Shown: positions 37,277-50,670 of the stretch, piece by piece | Layout: each line of letters opens with the position of its first letter | How positions within the stretch are numbered: position 1 is the first letter of the stretch | From: a virus | IMG/VR virus record: IMGVR_UViG_3300045988_076504 | Span: 1 to 64,000 of that record | Length of the DNA: 64,000 nucleotides | Direction: 5' to 3' (one strand) | Program-made: the position numbers and the translations under genes | Notes under the pieces: generated by a model | Database searches by the model: none | Told to the model about the DNA's origin: nothing | What the model saw: only the letters and a program-made list of their open reading frames with translations

Positions 37277-38026
37277 ATGGCAGGACGCAATAATGAAGAT
37301 CCGTTGGCAATGGCATCTATGATGAATAACAACTAGTGGATGAACAATCCTTTTATCTATTTGGTATTCCTCATGATGTTCGGTAATGGAGGTTTCTGGG
37401 GTAACCGTAATGGTCTCCAAGGAGCTGAAATTCAAGGACAGCTTGATTCTCTGCGTAATCAGATGGCAGATAACCAGAATAGCAACTTAATTATGGGAGC
37501 TATTCAAGGTAATAACTGTGATCTGAAAGCTCTTGCTTCAAATCTTAACTGTGATTTCAACCAGTTACAAAACTCTGTTTGTGCGGTACGTTCCGCAATT
37601 GAACAGGTTGGTGGAAAGATCGGTTATAGCGCAGAACGAGTAATCAATGCAGCTAACTTAGGTGATATGAATATAATTCAGCAACTTAAGGACTGCTGCT
37701 GCCAGACCCAACAGAACATTATCAAGATGGGTTATGAGCAGTAGCTCGCAACATGTAATCAGACTAACACTTTGCAGAATGCAATCCAGTATGTGGCAAC
37801 AGGCGTTGAACGAGGATTCGCTGCATCAAGTTTCCAGAACGCACAAGATAAATGTGATATAATCCGTTCTAGCCAGGATAATACTCAACGTATCATAGAT
37901 ACATTGAATAATCACTGGCAGTGTGATTTACAATAGAGGTATAATGATGCAAGACTAGAGCTCAGTCAGCAGAAACAGAATGCTACGTTAATCGCAGCTC
38001 TGAAACCTGCTGCAGCTGCTGCATAA
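37277..38026 (+). CDS. hypothetical protein (hydrophobic N-terminus, Gln/Asn/Cys-rich), TAG-recoded
   Basis: The first ATG of the open frame is at 37277. It joins ORF 37340-37744 across TAGs and ends at TAA 38024-38026, followed by a terminator. Confidence 0.55.
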
Positions 38027-38040
38027 AATGGTTAATAGAA

Positions 38041-38071
38041 GGGAGAGGGACAATATCCCTTTCCCTTTTTT
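38041..38071 (+). terminator. rho-independent terminator
   Basis: GGGAGAGGGA-caata-TCCCTTTCCC (10 bp including one G:T) followed by TTTTTT. Confidence 0.75.
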
Positions 38072-38093
38072 GTTTTATTTAAATTTACAAACT

Positions 38094-38579
38094 ATGTTGT
38101 TTAAAGATTTGAATCCAAATTATCCGATATTTATCTTCAATAAAACAGATATTACTGTACAGGAAGGTAAAGTTATAAACAAAGGTCTTCCGCATTTTGA
38201 TATGTTGCATAACACTACTTCTGCGATGGTTACAGATATAACTATCAAAGCTGGAGATGTTACAAAAACATATACATTTAAAGACGATACTGAAATAGGG
38301 TATGCTGAAAACCTTGTAATATCTCCAAATAGAGATGCTATATTACGTGAGGTAGAATCTATCAAAGATCAATCTGAACAAGTTCTTAACCAAATTGATC
38401 TACATAAAGCAACAGTAGAAAAATGTAACAAAGTATTGTCCGAGTTTAATCCGGTGTTTAAAGAGAAGAAAGAAACAGAACAACGTTTCTCAAAACTTGA
38501 ATCTTCTGTTGAAGATATTAAAACAATGATTTCAAATCTTTCAAACACTATAAACAATAATAACAATGGACAAGTCTAA
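38094..38579 (+). CDS. hypothetical protein with a C-terminal coiled coil
   Basis: The ORF-track start 38028 would place the terminator hairpin inside the gene. The in-frame ATG at 38094 (MLFKDLNPNYPIF...) is preferred. Confidence 0.6.
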   Translation: MLFKDLNPNYPIFIFNKTDITVQEGKVINKGLPHFDMLHNTTSAMVTDITIKAGDVTKTYTFKDDTEIGYAENLVISPNRDAILREVESIKDQSEQVLNQIDLHKATVEKCNKVLSEFNPVFKEKKETEQRFSKLESSVEDIKTMISNLSNTINNNNNGQV

Positions 38580-39063
38580 AATGAAAATGCACATAGACAG
38601 AATATCTTCTTTAATGGAAGAGCATAGTGATTCTGAAGTAAAGTGCGCAATAGTAAAAACGATCATGTCTTATCTATCAAAATGTGATGATAATACAATA
38701 AATGAGTTGTTAGATTGTACTGAAGGTTTATGTAATTATAATAACTTCTTAACGCAAAAGGAAGCATATGAAATACTAAACAAGTTTAAAAACTCGAATG
38801 GTAGTTCTGGTGCCCCTTTAAACATGTCAATACTTGAAACGCTTAAAGATGAAAACAAGTGCATAGACGATGCTCCAAATTATAATAAATGGGCATTATA
38901 TGTCACAATGTGCAAGTTTGCATCGGATCAAGGAGAGGTTATTTCTAAACTTGTGAACAATGATCATAATGCTTATATTAGTGCTTGTTATGATATGTCT
39001 GTTGCTCAGCTTAAAGATGCTGACAGACCGAGATGGGTAAGACAATACTTTAATTTATTTTAA
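38566..39063 (+). CDS. hypothetical protein
   Basis: 165-aa uninterrupted ORF overlapping the upstream gene by 14 nt. Confidence 0.65.
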   Translation: MDKSKMKMHIDRISSLMEEHSDSEVKCAIVKTIMSYLSKCDDNTINELLDCTEGLCNYNNFLTQKEAYEILNKFKNSNGSSGAPLNMSILETLKDENKCIDDAPNYNKWALYVTMCKFASDQGEVISKLVNNDHNAYISACYDMSVAQLKDADRPRWVRQYFNLF

Positions 39064-39065
39064 AT

Positions 39066-41945
39066 ATGAAAATTCAAAAGAAGCAAGAAATTGAATTCTT
39101 TGGTACCAAAACAGGCAATGCTAATTCTATCGCTTTAGGCTACGCAACTGAGACTAAGAACTTCGGGGAAGTTGCTGTAGGTGTAATGAATAAGTCTACC
39201 GCTGCTAAAGATCCAAATAGCCCAAAAGGCGTTTGCGCTGATTCTGATGCCACTTTGTTCTCTGTTGGATGTGGTGGAAGCGGGGAACGAAAGAACGCGT
39301 TAGAAGTAAAAGGAGACGGCTCTGTGTTGATTTCTGGAGAGAATGGTGATATAAATGTTGCCGATAAAATTAAGCAGGCTCTCGATACAGATGCAAGCAT
39401 TGAACTTGTTAAATCTACAGAGAGTGATCTCCAGTATACACTTATGGTTAACAACGAGTCACGTGGAAGCATAAATATTCCAAAAGATCAATTCTTGAAG
39501 AATGTAACGTATGATACTGAAGCTAAACAGCTTGTATTTACGTTTGTAACACTTGATGAGGAAGAGCATGTAGAGAAAATATCTATCAACGATCTGAAAG
39601 ATGTCTATACAGCTGGTGATGGTATTAACATAGATAATAATGTAATATCTGCTGATTTTAGTTCTGTCATGACAGCTATATCTGATGAAAAGACTTAGAG
39701 GGAAACGACTGATAACGAAATAAAGTCTACATTAGATACTAAAGCTGATTTAAATAATGCCATAACTTATCGTTCAGATAATATAAGTGGATTATTTAAC
39801 AACGATGGAAACAAACAAGAATCTTATGGTTATCGTTGTGTGGATATAGGTTTTAATAATGTAAGAAACTTTAGCAATACTTGCATTTCTATAGGTAGCG
39901 ATAACAACCAACTTGAAAGAGGCGATAACACTATTTGTATGGGTACATCAAACACTTTTAACTATGGTAGTGTTTGTGTTGGAGACAATATAAAATCCAG
40001 ATATACTAATTCTATATATATTGGAAGTGGAATAACCACAAAACAAGACACCTTTGGTTCACTTAACACTATAATTGGCAGTTATGACGGTTTAAATGTT
40101 GCTTGTACACCGATTGGATTTATTAGCGTTGGGTTCGGACCTCGTGCCGACAAAGACGGAAAAGTACTTTATCAAATCGGAGCTCATCATGCTACAGATT
40201 ATAACAAAGATAATTATAATCTAGAAGAAACCCTTACTTCTGATTACGATCATAAAAAGTATATTTATGGTATTGGTGGTTATGATGGTACAGACCCTGT
40301 AACAACTAAAGCTAAATCTCTTCAAGAAGTCTTAGATACTAAAGCTAACAAAACAGATGTAAATAGTCGTTTAGATGATTTACAAAACCGTTGTTTTAAG
40401 TTTGGAATTGATGGTAGCATAGCAGCTCCATATAAAGGAATACCTACAGATGATTCAAAACTAAAGATTAAAACATTAAAGGATAATCAAGAATATACTT
40501 ATGTTAACGTAAGTGGTATTTTAGAGCCTGGAGACCCAGCTTATAATTGTATATATGATAAAACTCTCGATAAAACCATTAATATTATAACTAGTGATGA
40601 CTTTATTCCAACAAATAAAGAAGGTGATTTTTTTAAAACATCTGAATCTCTTGATTTAACTCACACATTTTATCTTGATAATGAAAAGACAGGTATTGTT
40701 GATAATCTTACTCAACTTACCATTGAAGAAACTAATGTTTTTGTAAATTTTCCGTATGTGGAAATTAATGATAATCTTAATGACAGTGAAGTACCACAAT
40801 ACATATATGATGCAACTGATAATAAATGGATAGAAGTTGTTGATACATTTTATACCAGTTCGTATGTTGGTTTTAATACAGAAGAACCATTAGATTTGAC
40901 ACATGAATTTTATAATAATGTTATAGGAAATTGGACAAGCGTTGGAGAACACTCTACAGCATTAGGTTGTTATGCGTATTCAGGTGGAAACGAATCTATA
41001 GCATTAGGATGTTTTACAACAGTAAACGGCAATGGTTCTACATGTTTAGGATATAATTCACAAGTAGATGGAGACGAATCTATTGTATTAGGATATAATT
41101 CATCATCAAAGGCGAGTTATAATGTAGTATTAGGACGAAAAATAAAATCTTACGCAGGTGCGTCTAATAGTGTAGCAATAGGAACTGGTCTAACTGTAAA
41201 TGGAAATCATGCTATCGGGATAGGAGATGGAATAGATTTAAATAATGATAGGAGTATAGCAATAGGAGATGTTAGCTATGTATCTGTTGGAGCTATAGCT
41301 ATTGGTAATAATAATAATGCAACAGGAGACACGTCTATAGCTATTGGAGATACCACTCGCTCAAAGGGTAACTATTCTACATGTATTGGTTATCGTGCAA
41401 ATGCAACCGGTCTTAATTCTTCAGCTTTAGGTGCTTATTCAAGTACTGGTGGAGATTATGCTATAGCTCTTGGTAAAAACATGTCAAATACTAAATCAAT
41501 ATTTGGTGTTGGTTTTAATGGTGTGAATGGTATCGATATGGATAGAGATAATTATGGTCTTTATCTTAAAGGTTTTGGTGGTTATGATGGAACTAATCTT
41601 GTAGTACCGAGTGGAAATACTGAAACTCTCAATCCTGGTATTAAAAGTGTTCAGCAAATAATTAATGAAAAAGCTGATGCTTCTGCTTATTATACTAAGA
41701 CTGAAATAGATGGTAAGGGTTATCTTACAGCTCACCAATCATTGGATGATTATGCTAAGAAAACTGAAATACCTAATGTTAGTACCAAAGCCGATCTCGT
41801 TGATGGTAAATTAAAAGCAGAACAATTACCTAAGCTCGATAATATTGCGGAAGCCACCACAACAGAAGACATGATAACCAAATTCAACGATTTACTTGCC
41901 GATTTGAAAGCTAAAGGTTATATGACTGCCGACATAACAACATAA
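39066..41945 (+). CDS. large fibre/spike protein with YadA-head-like (Hep_Hag-type) repeats, TAG-recoded
   Basis: Pieces 39066-39698 and 39840-41945 share a frame across a TAG at 39696. The C-terminal half has more than 12 degenerate repeats of the form (N/D)S.A(I/L)G.....G (SIALGCF, STCLGYNS, SIVLGYNS, SVAIGTG, HAIGIGD, SIAIGD, TSIAIGD, STCIGYRA, SSALGAYS, YAIALGKN). Confidence 0.7.
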
Positions 41946-41952
41946 TCATTTT

Positions 41953-42384
41953 ATGACATTTAATATTAATAATACCACTATCAAAGGGATATGTAATTTC
42001 GAAGGATTAGTACTTACCGCATATAAATGTCCAGCTGGAGTTTGGACAATTGGATATGGACATACTAAAGGAGTTAAAAAAGGACAAAAGATAACAAGAG
42101 AACAAGCTGTAGAATATTTAAAATAGGACGTTCAGCCTATTGTAAGCTACTTAAATAAGCTTGGCGTGTGCAAGACACAAGGTTAGTTCGGAGCTTTAGT
42201 TAGTTTTATATTCAATTTAGGCGTTGGTAATTTTTAGAAATCGACACTATTTAAATATATTAAACAAGGTAAATCTGACGACATGATATGTAATTAGTTC
42301 ATGCGTTGGACAAAAGGTGGCGGTAAAGTACTACCAGGATTAGTAAAACGAAGATAGTGGGAGTGTAACATGTGGAGAAGCTAA
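41953..42384 (+). CDS. endolysin, GH24 (T4/P22-type) lysozyme, TAG-recoded
   Basis: NFEGLVLTAYKCPAGVWTIGYGHT matches the catalytic E...(D/C)..G..TIGYGH block. There are five in-frame TAGs (42124, 42184, 42235, 42295, 42355). It ends at TAA 42382-42384. Confidence 0.85.
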
Positions 42385-42385
42385 T

Positions 42386-42901
42386 ATGAATAACATACTT
42401 ACTTAGATTGGATATATGTTCAATTCTATATGTGGACAAAGCCAATGGGCTAAGTTATGGCTTGGAGCGAGTGCGTTGCTCACAGCATACGTTGTCCCTA
42501 TAGTAGGATTATTAGTCGCTTGTTTTGCATTTACTACCGTAGATATGATCTATGGTATAAAAGTAGCAAAAAAGCTAGGACAAAAAATCACTAGTAAGAA
42601 AAATTGGCGTGGTACACTCTAGAAAATAAAGGATGAATTCACCATTATATTATTAGCACATTTGTTGGAATACGTTGTGCTAAACGATCAGATACCATTT
42701 GTACTAACAGGCGGCACTACAGTTATAATATGTTTAACTGAATTATGGTCTATTCTTGAGAATTTACATACATTGGATCCAAACGGTCCGTGGAGATCTT
42801 TAGGTATGTTTTTAAAGAAAAAAGGTGGTGAATATACAGGGATTGAAATTAATAATAAAAACGATGATACAAGCGATAATAACGTGGTTATTAAACCATA
42901 A
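42386..42901 (+). CDS. holin-like membrane protein, TAG-recoded
   Basis: ATG 42386 joins ORFs 42416-42622 and 42662-42901 across TAGs. It has three hydrophobic segments and ...CLTELWSILENL (the E..SI.EN motif of a phage holin family). It directly follows the endolysin. Confidence 0.65.
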
Positions 42902-43508
42902 AAGAATCGCTGTAGAAGCCTTTTTAAGCCTTTGTGTGACATTATCTGTTTTGTATGGAATAACTATACATAAACAGAATTAGAAGCTTACAGAGAGCTT
43001 AGAAATAGCTCAGAATAACATTGAAGCCTATTAGGGGTTGTTAAACAACTCTTAGTAGGCTTGTAATGTTTTATAGCTAGACATGTCTAAACTAAAAGAA
43101 TCTAACGATAAATTAATACAACAAATAGACAGTGTTCGTAAAGAAAATAAAATTTCTTCAAAAGGTTTAACTACAGCAGCAACCCAAACGTAGGTTTTAA
43201 ACGTTAATAGTAGTAAGGGGGTAGGGGGTTAGGTTATAGTTACTAAAGATACTATATATACAGATAGTATTAAATATAACGACTTAACCAATGTATATTA
43301 TAGTATAAGTAAAGACAGTATTTCTATAAGATTAGATGTACGTAATACTTAGTATCTATACATATATAAGAAAAAAGAATATAAAAATAAGAAAAACTTC
43401 TTTAAACGTTTGTTTACATTAGATTTCAAAAAGGTTACTAAGTACAAGTACAAAATAGTAAATACTAACGAATTACTTAAAGGGGAAGATATAAGAATTA
43501 TAGAATAA
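42864..43508 (+). CDS. spanin-like protein (N-terminal TM plus coiled coil), heavily TAG-recoded
   Basis: The ATG at 42864 lies inside the holin 3' end. The sequence is MIQAIITWLLNHKRIAVEAFLSLCVTLSVLYGITI... followed by a coiled region. Several in-frame TAGs mean no ORF-track entry. It ends at TAA 43506-43508. Confidence 0.45.
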
Positions 43509-43515
43509 CAATAAT

Positions 43516-44199
43516 ATGAAATTATTTACATTACGTAGTATAGTAGATGATGTTCTACTAATGATTAGAAATAATAATGTAAGTGAAAGTGAAGACTTCT
43601 CAAGAGCTTAGATAGCTCTATGGGTGTTAGCATATAAAGCTGCAATTCTTAAACGAAAACAAGAGAAAGATAAAGAAGCTGGAAAGAGCGATGAGGATGA
43701 AGATGACGATATAACGAAAACAATAGGTCCTGTCGAACTTGTAGACGAAGAGTCTTTAGACGGTACCTGTTTATATAGAAAAAGAACAAAGGATAAACTT
43801 CCAGAATTGTCAGGATCTAGCGATTGCAGTATTATAAGTGTACAGGACCAAGAAGGATGTCCGATACAAAAAATGAATGAGAAACGCAGACATTTTCACT
43901 TCTTTAGAAAATATACATTTGGAGAATTAGCATGGTGGTATGAAGACGAATACGTCTATTTAGAAGGTCTTACGGATCTAAATAGGTTACGTTATATATG
44001 GATCAGCGGAGTGTTTACAGGAGCTGATTCTAATGTAGACGAAGATGATGTAAAAATACCAGGGTGGATGATACCAGATATAAAACAAATGATTATTAAG
44101 AACGAGCTCGGGTTTATATTACAAATGCCTAGTGACGATGATAACAACAGTACTATAGCGAGTGTAAAGCCAAGAGGTCCTCAGCAAGATGAAAAATAA
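43516..44199 (+). CDS. structural-module hypothetical protein, TAG-recoded
   Basis: ATG 43516 joins ORF 43624-44199 across a TAG at 43609. Confidence 0.6.
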
Positions 44200-44641
44200 A
44201 AAATCATACACTACAAAAGATATGTATAAAGCATATCATAAAATCAACAAAGAAGTACCATACGTTCGTTTTAAGCGCATTTTAGATAAATGTAATAAGA
44301 TTATCCTAGATGCGCTTTTAATGCGTTCAGAACTAATTAAAATGCCTTCTGGGTTAGGTTATATTTGTATATGTAAATATAAACCCAAGACATATACAGC
44401 TAAAAGTTTATCTGTAGATTATAAAGCATCTAAAGAATGTAACAAACGTATATATCACTTAAATGAACATTCCGATGGTTATAAATATCGTCTATTTTGG
44501 TCTAAGCAACCTAGAATTTTTCCAGATATATATAAATACAATTTAAGTCTTGTACGAACAAATAAACGAGCGTTGGCACAATTAATATTTAACAATCACG
44601 ACTATATAAATATAGATGATATACAAATATACAAAATGTGA
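44189..44641 (+). CDS. small basic protein, possibly HU/IHF-like DNA-binding
   Basis: 150 aa. KRILDKCNKIILDALLMRSELIKMPSGLGYICICKYKP loosely follows the HU/IHF helix-then-G.G.f.v pattern. crAss-like structural modules are known to carry IHF-like genes. Confidence 0.6.
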   Translation: MKNKKSYTTKDMYKAYHKINKEVPYVRFKRILDKCNKIILDALLMRSELIKMPSGLGYICICKYKPKTYTAKSLSVDYKASKECNKRIYHLNEHSDGYKYRLFWSKQPRIFPDIYKYNLSLVRTNKRALAQLIFNNHDYINIDDIQIYKM

Positions 44642-44660
44642 ATCTGTTATTGCAAAAATA

Positions 44661-45476
44661 ATGGCAGATTCTGACATGTCGGAAAAAAATATGAGAGTGA
44701 CCGACATTAGAGAATGGATATTTGAAGCTATCGAACACATAGGAGCTCCGATGTAGTATATACAAAAAGAGTCTGGTCAAGATGATTGCCCTGTATTTGA
44801 AATACATGAAAATCAAATACCAATACCAGACGATTTACATACATTAAATGGAGTTGCATATTCAAATAATCCAGACGGTCCTTGGATACCAGTCAGATCT
44901 GAAACAGCTACATTCAAAGGACCTAAAAGACACTCGCACCCGCATCACGAACCAGAGCAACCAATGAGGTACAAATTACCTACAACGCAAGCTCAATTTT
45001 ATGGTAACAATCTTACCAAATATGTCACAGACAGAATCCCAAATGAGGAGAATGATGTTACGATGTTTACAAAACCTGGATGGATTGTATTTAATAAACC
45101 GAAGGGATATGTAAAATTGTCATATAAAGCAATCGCAACTGATGAGCGAGGTTATCCATTAATACCAGATTTAGCATCGTATCAAGAAGCTGTATATTGG
45201 TATGTAATGTGGAAATTATCATTTAACAAATATTTAAAAGGAGAGCTTGGTGGAAGTGTACGTAATTCCCAACAGGTTTACTTTTATTTACAACAACAAT
45301 GGAATTTCTTTAGAAATTGTGCATATGCTGAAGCAATGATACCAACAGAAACAGACATGCGTTCTATCAAAAACGAATGGAATAAATTAATACCAGATTG
45401 GGACAGCGATGATAATTTCTTCAGCAGTGTCGGAAAGAGACAATTAAATTATAACGATTATTATTATGGATACTAA
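44661..45476 (+). CDS. structural-module hypothetical protein, TAG-recoded
   Basis: ATG 44661 joins ORF 44964-45476 across a TAG at 44754. Confidence 0.6.
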
Positions 45477-48400
45477 TCAAAACAACACCTCAATTAATGT
45501 ATTCAACAAGGGTATGAATACAGATGCTTCATATTCTAATATACAAGAAGGTCAGTATTTATACGCTGAGAATCTTAGAAATTATATGCTAAATGGAGAC
45601 GCTGACGGCTTTAATACAAACCAATATGGATCTATACAGCCAATAGAGGGGTGTGACTGGGACAAACTTAATATTAAGCTTATTGATTTTGACGGAAACC
45701 CATTTCATATAGATTCTATTTTAGCTGCGGATACAATACGTAATATTGGTATTATAATAGTTAAAGGTTATGTAGAAGATGAAAATTCAGAACAGTAGTT
45801 AGAGCAATGGGCTGTTGCGCGTGCAACATTATCTGATGAAAAAATACTGGAAGACATTAAAATAATATACTTGTCTGGAACTGGTGTTAAAAATTAGTTA
45901 GACGGGGAAAAGGTGAGTATTGTATTAAAATACGAAACCGAAGAAAATATAAAACTGTATATCGCAGACGGTAAGCATTTCATGCTCGTATTGAATGTTG
46001 CTGAAGGCAATGATGGTCACAATGAAAAAATATCTGGGGATTTATCAAAAATAGAAAATATACAATGTGTATTTTTAAATCCTATAAAGTTTTTAGGTCT
46101 TACTACAGGAAATCTTACAGCAGGCGTTGTCCAATATGCTTATAGACTATATGATCAAAACGGATCTGCAAGTCCAATGTCTTGTATTACAAACACAATA
46201 CAGCTGGTACAAAATGAAGAAAACAGCGCTTCTAAAATAACAAAAGGTGGAAGTAAGGGTAAGTATATAGGATGTGGTGTAAAATTACAAATAAAATTAG
46301 AAAAGGAAGAAAACGCAGCATATAATCATATAGAAATATATAGAATATATTATGAAGAAGGAGGACAACTTCCGAAAGTTGGCGTAATATATAATAAAAA
46401 AATACCACAACTCGATACTTTAGACTATACTGATTTTGGTCAGGGATATTTGTCAGAAATAACAGTAGACGAATTTAACAACATATCTGGAATACATATC
46501 ATTCCGAAAGTATTGGAATCTAAAAACGGACGATTATTTGCAGCAAACATTAAAGATTCAGCATCATCACTAAACGATATTGCAAATCACTTTGACGCTA
46601 GAGCATTTAGGTTCAATAGGTAGAATAAAACAGTATATTCACAGTACTCCGATCAAAACACTACGTATTCAAAAACAAGAGAAGATATAGATAAAGAGTC
46701 TTATTATGATAGTAAAAATGATACGTCTGATTATTTTAACGAATACAACGATGTAACAAAAACTTTTAATATCGAAGATGATGTATGTAGACTTGGAGAA
46801 CTTACGGAAGATGGAACTGGTGCATATTACGGAGGATACGGTAAAAATATAAAGTGGAGGTTTGTAATAACAGAATTAGTTGGAGATTATTCTAATGTAG
46901 GAAACCCACATGGAACGCGTTAGACAGATCCAGAATTTTTATATGAAAACGTCGGAGCTGTCGGAAATACGTTGATAACAAATTATGAGGAAAGTAGTGA
47001 TGGAGTAAAACCGTTATCATATGACAACAAACTGAAATACGGGTATGTTATATAGAACCTCGAAACTGGTGATAATTCTATGGAATTGTAGGACGAGATT
47101 GATTATACAGATTTGTTTGAATCTTCAAATAAAACATGCACATATTCCAACTCATGTATATCTTATGGATTTAGATCTTTAAAAAGAGACGAACTGTATA
47201 GGTTTGGTATAGTATTGTATAACAAAAGAAACGAAGCTACGCCTGTTATGTGGATCGGTGATGTTAGAACACCTCCGTGTAATGAAAAATGTTTTGACAC
47301 ATATGAATCGAATGTACATAATACAAGTCTTGTTGTGAGACCTTTGGGTATTGAATTTAAAGTAGATCTAACAGATATAAATAAGTACATAGCTAAGAAC
47401 GATGAATACAACGAATCGGATCAAATAGTAGCGTATGAAATAGTACGTTGTTACAGATCGTCCAAAGATGTTTAGAATATAGCGCAAGGTGTATTATCAA
47501 GACCTGTAAGGAAAACAAAAAATGAGTACGCGGCAAATGTTAAGATAGATCCTGTGTATACACCAACAGGTATACTTACAACACAATCGTATTGGAATGG
47601 GGAATCCTGGGTATCACATAATGGATGTCTTAAAAACGTGTGGGACGCTGGTAAGCTAAATGATGCAAATGGATATGAAGCAGATAATTTCGACAACCGT
47701 ACATTGTTTTAGTTTATATGTCCAGAGGCTTGTTACAACGGAGATTACATGAAAAGCGTAATAGACAATACTAATTTGTCAATATAGCCGTTTTTTTATA
47801 TATTCGGTCAAGGTAAAGGTAAAACACATGCGTTAGATACTTGTAACGAGCTCATAACTGTTAGTGCCGACAAATAGGAGCGTCCGAAAATAAAAGATCA
47901 TATATTATTACAATCTTATTATTATACAAGTACAGCGTGGTCAAACAATCAACAACCACTACCTCCGTATGCTACATCTTTTGACATTGTAGATAAAGAG
48001 TCTATCAATATAAATGGAGCTGTTATTAAGCTAGATAGAAATCCGTATGTAGATTACGGGGTTGATTTAAAGACAGACCAATGGGATTATTTACCTGTAG
48101 ATCAGTTTGTATTACGCTCATATGAATCTGGATTTATAGACGATCCTATAAAACTTGTATTGTTTGCTCCGAGTGGAGAATCTAAACAAACATAGGAAAA
48201 GTACCCGAAATTAAAAGATAATCAACTGTTCTTCATATATGATTCTTACGGAAGAACAGCTATTAATTATTTTGAAAACAAAGCGTGTACAAGGAACGGT
48301 CAAGATCTTATCGTTGGTGGCGGATTATACAATAATCCTGATATTAAGAATTATGGTTTTAGAAGGTCTGTAGACAGTTATGAATATCTTACTTATAAAA

Positions 48401-50670
48401 CGCCAGAAAGACATTACAAAGGCGCTGCAAATGTCGGATCTCTTGGTATAATAGCAACACCTTCATATAAAAATTATATAAACTGTGTACAATATTGTTA
48501 CGGGTATTCTAAACTATACGAAAAGACACCATTCCTATATACAAGAGCGTACAGTAATTCAAATGAAACTACCAAATTATTTGGTGACGCAAATATTGTA
48601 AATTCATATAATATAAAAGGAACTGAGAAGTATAATGTTAAGGATGCAATTATAACAAACGCTCTCGGATGGGATGATATTTTTTCAGCAGACACTCAGA
48701 ACGGAGCAACTTCATGGTCGTATAAATATAATGATTACGTACAACCAATAGGTATATCGACATATTGTAATATTATAATGGGAGGAAAATATGGCGAATC
48801 TAAATATTTGACCAAAGACAAAGAGCAAGGGTTATTCAATAGCGAAGGAAAAACAAAAATATCATATGGAGACATGCCATCTGGATTAGTAGGTACTGCA
48901 GGAAATAGCATATTGATAAATCTGGAAAGCGACAATAATATATTATATAAGAATGTAGCTACTGATAGAATATTAAAGCATTCTAATCAAATGACATCGT
49001 TAAGCGATTATGAATTATGGTACAGCTACATATATGAACATCCAGCTACAGAGCAAAAAACTTTATATTCTACAACGTTTCCAAATGAGGTTACAGTAGA
49101 CGAGGCTATAAGCGAAGCTTCTAGAGACAAATCTTGTATATACGACAAGGTAGTACGTAAAGAAGAAGGAGAATAGGATTTGACTAGCTTTATTTATAGA
49201 TCTAGTATTGCTGGAACATATCTTTGTAACTTGAAGCAGAACACCGTTCCGTATAATGGTTATCAATACACTTCCAGATTAACAAATACGTATGTAAGTT
49301 GTGGAAATTATTATAAGTATAATCCGAATAAAAAGAAGATCGTATTTAACGGAGATTGTTATATTCAACCTTTTGAGTATGTGAGTGCTCATAAATATTA
49401 CTATAAAGATGTTGCCAGTCCTGTAACAACGTGTCTTATATACACATTCCCCGTGGAAACAAGTATAAACATGATAACATCGTACGGTAATGAATTTTCA
49501 AAGAATCTCGACAGTGAAGGATTGTGTACAAATTTACAACAACAACCATCAAATGTGAACGACATTTATGCGTAGGATGATCCTGAATATGTATACAATA
49601 CTGCGTATTCTCAACAATCAAATGCTCAAACACACGAGGTTATAGATATTAGCGATGATAGCAATACCTTATCTTGTGTAGATTATAGATGTTACTATTC
49701 AGAATTAAAATCGAATAACGAAAATATTGATAGTTGGCAAGTATTTAAACCTGCTAATTTTTTAGATGTTGACGATAGATACGGAGAAATAACCCATCTT
49801 AGAACATTTAACAATATATTAATGTTTTGGCAAGAGCACGCAACTGGACAGTTTAGTGTAAACGAGCGCAGTCAAATAAGCGATGATTCTGGAAAACCTA
49901 TAGTTCTTGGTGTTGGAGATGTATTGAGTAGATACGATTATATTGATTATACAACAGGTATGCATAAAGAACAATATTGCGATACGTGTTCTAATACATC
50001 TTTATATTGGTTTGATTCGCACAACAGTGAAATAAAAACATTATCTGGTAACGGGGTTGTACAACTAAATAAAACACACAACACGTAGAACATTATGCAC
50101 GAATATTCTGGAATATCTGCACCAGTTATGTTCTATGATAAAAAATATAACGAGGTTGTTTCTAAAGTATTACACGGAGATCCTGATAAATCTATCGCAT
50201 ATAATGAAATGATACAAGCATTTACATCTGTATACGATTTGGATTTCGAAAATCATCTCACGTTCGATAATAATATTTATTTGTTAAATCCATCGAAAGA
50301 AGGAAAATTAAACATCGGACATTGGAATAATGGAACTCAAAACGTTAATACAAAATTAAAATATGTTGTGAATGCTAATCCTGGAATAACCAAAGTATTT
50401 GATAATTAGGAAATCGTTACAGAACAATATAAAAACACCAATATTGAAGATTTTAAGTTTACGTGGTATACAGAAATATCCGGAGATACTACTTATGAAC
50501 AACCAAAGATAACAAACAGAGAAGGAAATTATAGATATTCGTTGCCGAGAGTTGGTTAGAATGCGGTCTATGGAAACAGATTGCGTGGAAAATACATGAT
50601 TGGCGAAATAGATAATATAATAACACCTATATCTTATATAATTACTAAATTTAGAAAATCATGTAGTTAA
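45466..50670 (+). CDS. giant tail protein (about 1734 codons; tail-tubular-B/muzzle-like by position), TAG-recoded
   Basis: ORF-track pieces 45466, 45913, 47113, 48778, 49180, 49822 and 50095 are all frame 1. I read 46621-47112 and 47461-48780 codon by codon and the only stops are TAG. It ends at TAA 50668-50670. Confidence 0.75.

Noticed and set aside
38028-38093. The ATG at 38028 as the start of gene 38094-38579.
   Set aside because: The first 22 codons would be translated from a strong terminator hairpin plus T-tract that belongs to the upstream gene. An in-frame ATG follows at 38094.
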